Below are positions 52,301-60,508 of a stretch of 64,000 nt of DNA, one piece after another. How positions within the stretch are numbered: the stretch's first letter is position 1; each line of letters starts with the position of its first letter. The notes under the pieces were generated by a model. It was not told the DNA's origin and made no database searches. It saw nothing but the letters and a program-made list of their open reading frames with translations. The position numbers were made by a program, and so were the translations under genes. Source of the stretch: an uncultured bacterium (GTDB lineage: Bacteria > Verrucomicrobiota > Verrucomicrobiia > Limisphaerales > UBA8199); the NCBI GenBank assembly GCA_963749495.1, contig CAVVMW010000023.1, positions 829,698-893,697 of the forward strand. The letters run 5' to 3'.

Positions 52301-52821
52301 TCGTCGAGCGATTCTATCGCGATTTCGCGCTCGATGGCGGAAAGGGCGGCTACGCGGTCCGCCTGGATCGAGGAACCATCCTGTCCCGGCGCTACATCCT
52401 CTCGGTTGACGGTAAGCTGTCTGGGGCCATGAGCGGCCAATTGGAAGGGAGGCTCATCTCCAGCCTTCCGATCACGGTTTCAGGTCTCAACGATCGCTGG
52501 TCCGCCTTTCTCCACGACCGGCGGCTCGAGCAGAGCCGCCCCGTCGGGGTGCTGGAGGGCAAGGCCTGGGCTACCATCAACCTGGCCGGCCGCACCCATT
52601 TGTTCCTGGGTCATCCGGTCCTGGTGGACAACCCGGACCTGTTCGTGCAACTGACCCAATCCGGCGAGGACGCGTGGACCCTGGAAATCCACAACCCAAC
52701 CGACGCGCTGATCACCACGCGCATTCGCCCTCACCCGGACTTTGGCCCGCTGAAACGAAAAGCTCTCCCGGCCGACCCGGTTGTGATTCCACCAGGGGCA
52801 TCCTGGACTGGCAGATACTGA
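49357..52821 (+). CDS. large secreted protein with GATase-like and degenerate PHP-like domains
   Basis: Signal peptide; YLEAGGGVL...GKGRIVYLG; GPRTSYSSG...AKAAGLAWIVFLEDF; 1154 aa. Confidence 0.65.
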   Translation: MKRNLALLLLALWCCSLMKTDGAPMPAVLFAGSDGGVCGHETANRLVQARFALRADHASLSEHPLIWSQLTNFNVVVLSGLGLANADMSLGRTRETIEALNRYLEAGGGVLMLGAFGQMATAKPPQDAFLKSLGLTPLFDELPDDPKTAITATAWELPFAVTENVAVSPVSEAVKSLWYPVPRTRVGGQNHTIPFLAEAPWQIVVRGSASSLTYKGALQEPRPDQPGTYREKVPLMALRSVGKGRIVYLGITPEYLLGLNAASTLEGIVLDKGLKETPSHGFNLLVNSLRWLAGASLDAGLLGGAKTEESLLRNPNKVRFAEPYRWPEKIGFAPPELALAGVVGPRTSYSSGKATADEWVQKAKAAGLAWIVFLEDFAGLSNDNFQRLKADCARLSSAQLEALPGFTIDDEVGNHYFYFGTSFPYPDAKFLTSDGKRFRSRDAELNARQPYIQGQLAMTVLDYSYSISSFKLTAGNYLFKQSAVPFADFFSDYDAMGVITARNGEVVEDASKDYLKLCASGQTPVPLVIDLMDDPGQLGKARWRTVLTLPQHGGGIIGGTLRPESKVRDYFDTWHTYPDNPVKPQVTSGPRIEAWSHTGPRDYEGNLPGDFVWQNYRWVVHGKASSPAGLREVAVCDGPRLFRRFLPHGKAEFEFTLDLTHDRQHCLVLVATDQVGGRAFSGDQWDRNHRAEEFMCGDRNNQLTYGYVINNDGIGILLGGNQTLGTTIKRISCGISPSGTFKNDRLLGAPAFDGGAGGEPEVWENTVPLSPAHEVPNPVVTEARRLLITRDVMIGDGPREHCFADSVPVHNVWHTLWRTQPVREYSVNRRNHFFQIDPDSPLAVFLWQINIAMKEDLPNQGFQVATLQSRQSHAWAVRSDANTLRSGHWDRPEQAAKPVSDRFGLNAYAAFLDSPLGGAAVLSLTDGLTVRTTLPKRGDVQVILPAEAAPQRKGGVKQVNLLILGVPRRCTLTESWPPSKDVVERFYRDFALDGGKGGYAVRLDRGTILSRRYILSVDGKLSGAMSGQLEGRLISSLPITVSGLNDRWSAFLHDRRLEQSRPVGVLEGKAWATINLAGRTHLFLGHPVLVDNPDLFVQLTQSGEDAWTLEIHNPTDALITTRIRPHPDFGPLKRKALPADPVVIPPGASWTGRY

Positions 52822-52855
52822 TCCACCTGAGCAAGCCCGCAAATGGTGGACCTCT

Positions 52856-54055
52856 TCACCGGCTGCGTGCGGCCACGACGTCGCGAATGGCGTCGAGGAT
52901 TTCGCGGCTGTTCCGGATGCCGCTCCAGTTGTAAATGCAGAGGTAGCGGCAGCGCGGTTGGGCCAGGGTGGCTTCCAGCGCGCAACGCCAGGGCTCGCGC
53001 TGGCGGGGACCTTGATAAAGCCACTCGACGGCGGCCCAATAGGGGGCGTCACTGTGCTGAAGCGCCAACCGCACGCCGAGGTCTTTTTCGGGCGCCTCCG
53101 CGTGCCGGTAGAAGCTCCAACCCGGACAACTGAACTGGTTCACTGCGGCCGAGTAAAGCAGTTCGCCATCCTTCCAGCCCGCGCCGTGGGTAAACAACCG
53201 GTCTCGCGGCACGCCCATCCGGTGGGCTTCGCGCGAGAGGTCTTCCAAATGTCGTCGGGCCACCTCGGCCAGGTCGGCTTCGGAGATGGCTCCCTCGCTC
53301 CGCAACCCTGCGACCTTGACGGCCGCGTAGCCGATTTGGACCACGCCGCGCGCAGGCGGTTGGTCGGCCCGCAATCCGGAGGTTGGATCGAGCCGTTCAG
53401 GCTGGCTGAGCAGAGCGTTACCGTCGGGATAGTACCAGGCGTTGACGCCGATGGAGGATTCCCACCCGACCTTGAGGCCGATGAATAGGTGCCGCTGGTC
53501 TGCTGGCAACGCCTTCCACCAGTCGAGGAGGACGGGAATCAACTCGACCATTTCCGCATGGCACGCGGCCCGGTAGCGCGGGCTCATCAGGTTGGGCGGC
53601 GGCAGCACGCGCAACTGCCTTCCCCAGTTGCGCCAAGCGATCTTGATGGCATCCTCGGGCAACCATCCGGTCCACTCCACATTTTCACGGTTGGCGTCGG
53701 AGTAACCGGGCGCGGCCGGGTCCCACCAGCTCCACAAATCTGGCCGGGCGCCCCACCAGCTCTCGCCATCGAGTTGGACCACGACCGGCAGGCCGGTTTC
53801 CTGGGAACAGCGAAGGAACTCGCGCAACTCAGCTACGGTTCTGGCGCGCGGTTGGCCGAGGTAGGAGAAGATCGCCGCCACACCCACCTGTACCCTGGCG
53901 CCCGGCGAGTTGGTGAACTCGCGCCGAATCTGTTCGAAGTCCGACATCGGGACGGCGTTGAGCACGATGAACTGCTCGGGCGCGGCCCCGGCGGTGGACC
54001 AGGCACCGAGCGTGGCGGCCAGAAACACCCCGGCCAGGGCGCGGAGGACATTCAT
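52856..54055 (-). CDS. secreted hypothetical glycoside hydrolase-like protein
   Basis: Signal peptide MNVLRAL; Trp-rich barrel-like sequence with KVGWESS and AAVEW. Confidence 0.6.
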   Translation of the reverse strand: MNVLRALAGVFLAATLGAWSTAGAAPEQFIVLNAVPMSDFEQIRREFTNSPGARVQVGVAAIFSYLGQPRARTVAELREFLRCSQETGLPVVVQLDGESWWGARPDLWSWWDPAAPGYSDANRENVEWTGWLPEDAIKIAWRNWGRQLRVLPPPNLMSPRYRAACHAEMVELIPVLLDWWKALPADQRHLFIGLKVGWESSIGVNAWYYPDGNALLSQPERLDPTSGLRADQPPARGVVQIGYAAVKVAGLRSEGAISEADLAEVARRHLEDLSREAHRMGVPRDRLFTHGAGWKDGELLYSAAVNQFSCPGWSFYRHAEAPEKDLGVRLALQHSDAPYWAAVEWLYQGPRQREPWRCALEATLAQPRCRYLCIYNWSGIRNSREILDAIRDVVAARSR

Positions 54056-54146
54056 GCCAGCAGCTTTCTTGCGCTCATGCGCTCCGAGGTTGAGGACCAC
54101 GTCGGGCACAGTCAACTTTATGCACATCTGCTCCGCATAACCCGCC

Positions 54147-55901
54147 TCAGCGGTTGGAAGGTGATTCCACGGCAATTCCGGGCGGCGCCTGAATCCTGGA
54201 GCTGATAGTCCCGTCTGCCATCCGCTCGTGCCGGATACGAATGGGGCCCTGAGGTGTCGGGTAGGCCCCCTCGACCCATTTGAGATTGCCAAGCTGAGGC
54301 GCGATGCACACACGCTTGCAGCCAGGCTCGAGTGGCTTCACCCCCAGCACGGTCCGGCTCAACCAGGCCGTCGGGCCGCTCGCCCAGCCATGGCACAGGC
54401 TGTGCCGAAAACCCAGGTAACAATACGCGCCGAAATCGCCGTGGATGTCCTTCTTGCCGGCAGGCACCAGTTCGTCGATGCGCGCAGCATTGGGAATCCA
54501 ATCCAGGTTGAAATCTTCCCAGAACGTGGTGGCGCCCAGGTCGAGCATTGCGCCCCAATAAGTGCGGATAAAATCCAGCGCGGTGTCCGCATCGCCTGAC
54601 TTCGCCAGCGCCTGCAAGACGTAGAAACCGTAGAAGGTAGAAATCCCGCTGGCCCCGCCGGCCTTGAGCACCGTGTCGGACGTTCGCCGGGCATCCATCA
54701 TCCCGGCCAGCGACAAGAGCGCCGCCCCGGATTTGGACTTGTTGACGTCGGGAACCACCTTGCGGCCACGCGCGGCCGCCTCGGTGCAACGCTGCGCAGT
54801 TTCGGCATCGCCCAGTGCGTTCATCAAACGCGCGCCGCTTTCGAGCGTCATGACCAGGAGACCTTGCAGGCCGGCAGTGACACCTTGCTGATTTGGCGAA
54901 CTCGGCCAGTCCAGAAACCGCATCCCATTGATGCGCTCCTTGCCATCCGGCCCGACCAGGTCCGCCAGGCGCTTGAGCAGGGCGGTCAAATACGCCTTCT
55001 GCGCCTCCAGGTATTCGCGGTCGCCGTAGTGCATCCACAGTTCTTCGTGAATGAGCACCCACCACATCGAGTAGCTGGAGATACCGTTCATCCATTCGGT
55101 CACGGGCGTCACGTCGCGCGTCAGGTCAAGCGAGCGCAGCACCACCTCGTTGAAGCCAAACACGGCGGTGATCGTGCAGACCTCCGGGTGCATGTCGCCA
55201 ATCCACACCAGTCGGTCGCGCTTGATGCCGTCCCACAGGTATTCCTGCATGTTGAGGTGGACGGTGTAGGCGCCGACCTGCCAGATGCGGTTGAGCCGCT
55301 CGTCATTGCACCGGAATGCCCCCACGTAGGGGACGTCGCGGATTTGGAGCACAGCGCGCACCTGGCTGAGCTCTACCGGCAACTGTGGGTCCACATTGTC
55401 AATGCGCACGAAGCGAAAGCCGCTCGGCCCAACCATCTTCTTGCCCAGCCAGGGCAGCGTCACCACCTGATCGCGGATGGCGTGGTCGTTCTGCGCATTC
55501 TGTTTGCCGCCCGGTTCGGCCATCGCTTCGGAGACCGACTCGCCGAAACGCACGCGGACCCGGCGCAACTTGCCCTGCTCCGGCATCATCGGCGTGATCA
55601 GCTCGACGTAGCCTTGGACTTCCCGGCCGAAATCCAGGAGTATACCGGCGGGCGAGTTCGGCACGGCGGATAACACGCACGGCGGCTGGGGTTCCTTGAG
55701 CACAGCCTGGCCGGCATCGGCTCTTAGCATCGGGCCGGCATTCTGCACGCCTGCCTCGCTTTGCCAAACCACGCGGGTGGGGGCCAGGAAAAAGGTGGAG
55801 AGCGGGGATTTTTCAGCGCCTTCCAGTCCCGGCGGCACGCCGTAGGCAAGCGTCGCGGAAAGGCTCATCGCGAGAACCGCCAGGGTAGAGGTCATTTTCA
55901 T
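54147..55901 (-). CDS. alpha-L-rhamnosidase (GH78)
   Basis: LDFGREV, GFRFVRI, WDGIKRDRLVWIGD, GATTFWEDF, SLCHGWASGP. Confidence 0.92.
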   Translation of the reverse strand: MKMTSTLAVLAMSLSATLAYGVPPGLEGAEKSPLSTFFLAPTRVVWQSEAGVQNAGPMLRADAGQAVLKEPQPPCVLSAVPNSPAGILLDFGREVQGYVELITPMMPEQGKLRRVRVRFGESVSEAMAEPGGKQNAQNDHAIRDQVVTLPWLGKKMVGPSGFRFVRIDNVDPQLPVELSQVRAVLQIRDVPYVGAFRCNDERLNRIWQVGAYTVHLNMQEYLWDGIKRDRLVWIGDMHPEVCTITAVFGFNEVVLRSLDLTRDVTPVTEWMNGISSYSMWWVLIHEELWMHYGDREYLEAQKAYLTALLKRLADLVGPDGKERINGMRFLDWPSSPNQQGVTAGLQGLLVMTLESGARLMNALGDAETAQRCTEAAARGRKVVPDVNKSKSGAALLSLAGMMDARRTSDTVLKAGGASGISTFYGFYVLQALAKSGDADTALDFIRTYWGAMLDLGATTFWEDFNLDWIPNAARIDELVPAGKKDIHGDFGAYCYLGFRHSLCHGWASGPTAWLSRTVLGVKPLEPGCKRVCIAPQLGNLKWVEGAYPTPQGPIRIRHERMADGTISSRIQAPPGIAVESPSNR

Positions 55902-56177
55902 GGTTGGAGCTTTAGTGTTGGATGGACGCCAGTTTGCGCTCGATGATCGGCGCGCCCCGTGTAATGCTCGATCGCCAAAAGTCCATAGCAGCCGGCGCGT
56001 TGGATGCTCCAACTGGGTTCCAAAAAGTGTCGCGGCGTGCCCATACCCAACCTTACTGGCGCAGGTGATGCGGTGTCAACTCAAACTGGGCACTACGCAC
56101 TGATCGGACCCCACACGCATTCATCGGCAAGGATCCCTGCCAAGCGGTTCAAGAGCAGCCATGACCTGTGGGGAGAA

Positions 56178-56192
56178 GGTGTCGTGAGGGAG
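56178..56192. repeat. imperfect direct repeat copy 1 (GGTGTCGTGAGGGAG)
   Basis: 14/15 identical to 58565-58579. Confidence 0.55.
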
Positions 56193-56194
56193 GA

Positions 56195-58541
56195 TCAGGA
56201 AATGCTCAGTGCCGGCGCCTGAGCAGGAATCGGCCGCCGCTCCGGCCTTGCCGGGCGAGGGCGCGACGGCCCGCGCGAGCGCGTCCCGGTCATGCGAACG
56301 GAGCGCTCTTCCAGGTTCATCACAAGGTTCACCGCCGGTTCGGGCGGCTTGAGCGTTTTCGGATCCCGGACCTCGTTGGGCTTGCCGGAACTGCGCAGCA
56401 GGTCGTTGTTCCGGTACAGGTTTGGCCAGGGCAGGCTGTAATGGGGCGACACATTGTATTCAAAGTAAGCAAGCGTGGCTCGCAGGCGGTTGGCCACCTG
56501 GACCGGGTCGGAAAAGAGTTCCGGCGCCTTCTCCTCCAAAAACCGCTCGAACTCCCGGCCGCTGGCGGGCAGACCGTCGCGGCCAATGTAGTCGCCCCCG
56601 CGCACCAAACCTTCCGGGCCGTAGTGGAGATCCATGAGGGTACTGAGTGACCCCGCCCCAGTACACGGCCTTAAGCTGGTCTTTGAATCCACCCGGCTCT
56701 TCCATCTTCTCAGTAACCCGCAGAACCGACCCATCGAAGGTCTTGCGGTTTTTGGCGCTCAGATCTTCCATTGCCCGGCTCAAGCTCAAAGCGCCATTGT
56801 TCCGGGCCATATTCTCCTTGAAGGTAGAGTAAAACGGCTCAACCCGGGCACCAAAGAGCTGGCGAGCCGCCCCCACCCGAGCGAATTCGGCCGCCTTGGC
56901 GGAATACATTTCCTCGAACAAATCGTTGATGGTCGCAATCGCTTCGCCAATCAGCCGACGCCCGGCCTGGGGCGGCACCTGCAGGCGCCGCTCCGCAATC
57001 AGTTTGCGAAAGGAGGCCACCGCCTCCTTGCGGCAGGTGTCTTCGACCACGTCTTTGCGGATGGCGCCGGCGGCAAACCGCCCAAAGAGCTCGGAGCGCA
57101 ACGCTTCAATCCGTTCCTGTTCCCGCTGGAAGCCGGGCTGAATCACCGCCGTGAGTTCCCGCATCAGCTGCATCTTGTCCTTGTAGCCGGGCGGAACCAG
57201 CTTCACCAAGGCGCTCTGGTTGGAGACCTTGCGAACCGCGTTGTCGTTGAAAATGCGGTTCATCACCGACTCCAGCGAGCCGTCCGACGCGAAAGAGAAG
57301 TTCACCGGGCTGTTCGGGTCCCCTACGCGGCCCAATTCCGCGTTGTGCCGGAGGATCTTCTGGTGCTGCTGCTGGTTCAAGGCCAGGCGCTCCCGGGCAG
57401 TTTGATAGATGTAGGCTTGCTGCCGCCGGTCATACATCACATATTTGGCCTCGACCAACGGCAGGCCTGCGACCACCCCCTCCGGAATCGTCAAAGAGGG
57501 CCGGTTCACCAACTGCAGATAAAAGTGTTCTTTGCGATCCAAGGAAAGCACCTTCGTCACCCCGCCATCCTGATAGCTGTAATAGAGCTTCATCGGCAGG
57601 CCGTACGAATCCTGGCTGGTCTGATTGGAGAGGCCGTAGCGCGAGACGGAATGGTGCGTCACCTGGACGCCGTCTGGCACCCCGTAACGCGCGGCCAGCC
57701 GCTCCGGCAGGTTCAGGGGCCCGGGGCGTGTGGTGGTCGCCGAGAGCTGCCGCGGGCGGCTCAAGGCGTGCAGAAACAACGGTGCCCGCATGCTCATGAC
57801 GTAGTAGGGCATGTAACGCAGGTAAAACGGGCGGTTGGTGCCGGTGTAACTGATTGTGGAGAAAATTCGGTTCATTCCGCCACGGTCGGCATCGTCCAGG
57901 GAGTTGTCCGCTTTGACCTTGGTTTCCAGGTACACCTCGCCGTCCTCGACGGGCAGGTTGAACACGCTCTGCATGGCCCGGCGAAGATGATTGAACGCTT
58001 GGACTGTTTCCATTTCCGCCGGCGAGAGGCCGTTCTGCATAGTGGTCGCGTTGCCGACGGCCTCCGAGACGTATCGGCGGCAATCCTCGGCCAGGAGATC
58101 GATGGCCTTGCCCGCCGCCTGCTTGAACTGGTCGTAGCCGCCGCCTTGAAGGGCCACCGCCGGTCGTTGCAGGTCAGCCATGAGGGCTTTCAGGCGGCAG
58201 TAATTGTCATCCAACGGGGTCCTGGAGAAGGCTTCTTGTTTGTTCCCAGGCGGCGGCAGCTTTTGGATCACCTGCCCTACGAAGCCCAGAACGCTCACAG
58301 GGGAATCCAGCAGCGTACAAGCCAGATCGGTTTTTGCGTAGAGCTCATCGCGGGGCGAGACGGGGTCTCCGGCCAGAGGCTGAAGGCCGGCCATCGCCGG
58401 GCGCCGGGATGGCGTCTGCAGGGCCAGGCGACCGGCGCGCAAGGCGGCCGCGGTTAAGTAAGCTGTGCCCGCTGTATCCTTGCCGTACACCAGGTTCACC
58501 TGTGCCAACTCCTCCGGACGCAGTCCCAAATTTACTTTCAC
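56195..58541 (-). CDS. large orphan protein (~781 aa) split by one frameshift in a G-run near 56655; Arg/Pro-rich C-terminus
   Basis: ORF 56460-58541 continues as ORF 56195-56734 (AVYWGG/SLSTLMDLHY); TAAAAT 6 nt before the GTG start. Confidence 0.7.
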
Positions 58542-58564
58542 ATCTCCATTTTAGGGCCATGAGG

Positions 58565-58579
58565 GGTGTCGTAAGGGAG
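58565..58579. repeat. imperfect direct repeat copy 2 (GGTGTCGTAAGGGAG)
   Basis: 14/15 identical to 56178-56192; GCCATGA lies a short distance upstream of both copies. Confidence 0.55.
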
Positions 58580-58730
58580 TGAGGTGAATGTGTTTCGCGA
58601 CCTGGACCACTCGGAGCGATGCCCCGCCGGTAGCGGATTTGGCGGCCGCGCTTTACGGCGAAAGTCCGCACTCTTCCGCCTCGCCGCCTCCTGTTATCGT
58701 CCGGCCAAACTGGACACCGCCAGTCGGGCC

Positions 58731-58985
58731 ATGGAATCGAAAATCCAAGCACTCGGCCGCATCAAGAAGGAGTTTCCACCGCGCGGCAACCTTCAGATCT
58801 TCCAGCTCGAAAGCCCCGCCACCTTTACCTGCGCCGTGCGCAAGCTCGAGGTCACCTCCGCCAAGGTCGCCCTGGACTTACGGACGGCGAATTACTCTCG
58901 AATGGCGCCTACGGTCAACTCGTCGCTGGCCAGCGACCTAGGGTACCGGAGGACGTATGTTTCAGCAATCTGGCGAATGTCCTGA
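58731..58985 (+). CDS. small hypothetical protein, possibly frameshifted near 58886
   Basis: MESKIQALGRIKKEFPPRGNLQIFQLESPATFTC...; the alternate frame continues ELLSNGAYGQLV. Confidence 0.35.
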   Translation: MESKIQALGRIKKEFPPRGNLQIFQLESPATFTCAVRKLEVTSAKVALDLRTANYSRMAPTVNSSLASDLGYRRTYVSAIWRMS

Positions 58986-59255
58986 TTAGCATCCCCTCGC
59001 GTTTCGTTTGGCGCGGTTTAGAGAGGTCACCTCGGACCGTGTCTCCAAGGCGGCCGGCGGGACTCCGCCCCCGCGTTCGGCTCGCGAAAACGTGTCTGTT
59101 TACTGAGACTTTTCCCTGAGAGTTTTTGGGTCCCCAGGAACGCCCTCGGCCTCCTCCATAGCCTGGTGCTGCGTAGCGCTCATCTCCCAGCCCTGCTACG
59201 CGGTGTGCCGGACGGTGCTCGCATCAATGGAAAAGGACACCTAATAGTCCTGACC

Positions 59256-60150
59256 ATGGGTTATCCCATCAAGATCTGTGGGTCGCCTCTTGGCAGGCAG
59301 GTTTCCCGGGCAAGCCCGGGGCCGAGCTCCAGCGCTTCACCAAGACGAGAGACAGGAAGCAGGCCGAGGCGACCTTGGCTGGATGGGTCCTGCAGGCCCA
59401 TCTGGAGCGCCAGCCCGGCCTTTGCCAGGCCAGGGTCAGGCGGGTCTCCCCTGAGATGTCGCGGCTGGTCGGCGGAGACACCGCTCCAGTGGCGACCTAC
59501 CAGGCCGCTCGTGACGCCTTCCTGGCGCGGAGCAAAGCGACGGGGCACGAGATTTGCCTCAACCGCAGGAGTGCGCTCAAGAGCTTCGACGTTTACATGG
59601 ACCAGATCGGCTCGGCGGGTGGCGTGGGCGTCCCGCTGGAGGACGTGACGCGACCGATGGTGGCTGGCTACCGGGGCTTCTGCCTCGCCAAGGGCCAACC
59701 ACCCAGGAACGGTGAGACAAAGGCTGGAGGTCCCGCACCTGCTTTGGGAGGAGACGATACAGGATGGCCTAATCAGGCACAACCCCGTGACAGGGGTGGA
59801 CAGGTGCGCGCATCGGTGATGCCTTTGGGATGGAGGCGTCCACGGTGGGCCTGGACGAGGGCAAGATCGGGTTCTGGATTGAAAAGTCGGACGTCTGGCA
59901 GACGGTTTTACCTGTTTCCCCCCACGATCAAGTTCCTGTGCGAGTTTTTGGGCCATCACCATCCCGCCCGGCTCGGCCGCGACCTCATGCGCGGCGACTC
60001 CAGGTTCCTCATGCCGTCGCTGGGCGTGCCCTCCGGGCCGGAGGTTGCCTCAGGCGAGCACAAGTCGGCCTTGACCGCGGCTGACGATGTGATCGGGACG
60101 CTAGTGGAGAGGGCGGGGATCGGGGAGTGGGTGACCCGCCCCTCGGGCAG
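59256..60150 (+). pseudogene. degraded tyrosine recombinase/integrase
   Basis: SPxWQAGF-like N-terminus, LEDVTRPMVAGYR and GLIRHNPV (SAM-like domain), box I TGARIGDA at 59800-59823, LVERAGI; several frameshifts; box II HxxR/Tyr missing. Confidence 0.8.
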
Positions 60151-60458
60151 TAGGACCAGGGATAGCCAGGGGCCGGTTCTTTGGGGACGACGACCACGCA
60201 CCGGCGCTTGCCGTTTCTCAAGGCGACGTTGATTGAATTCCCTGTGACCTCATTGGCCGGGGCCGTCATCGGCGTAATGGCGCCGGTGGCGTCGTCCATC
60301 GAGAAATCATACCTGTCAAACGCGTTGTGCTAGATGGTCTTCTCACCAGTGAAAGGCTTATAGTCGGCTGCGTTCGCGGGTTTTGGGGTGAAGACGGCGG
60401 CGGCGAGGACAATGGCCGCCAGCCCAAGCGACGCGTTCCGGATTACGTTCATACTCAT
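60150..60458 (-). pseudogene. 5' fragment of a secreted alpha/beta hydrolase-like gene with an in-frame TAG
   Basis: MSMNVIRNASLGLAAIVLAAA...FTGEKTI*HNAFDRYDF...RRCVVVVPKEPAPGYPWS, then truncated. Confidence 0.6.
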
Positions 60459-60508
60459 GTTTTTTTGCACAACGTATGGACCTCGCAGGCTGTGGCTTGG
60501 ATCAGGAC

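Noticed and set aside
56068..56098. Possible IS end (aactcaaactgggcactac)
   Set aside because: No matching inverted copy or transposase found by eye.
12556..56177. Integron cassette array explaining the mosaic cargo
   Set aside because: Genes lie on both strands, no repeated attC-like palindromes were seen, and the recombinase relic shows no IntI features.
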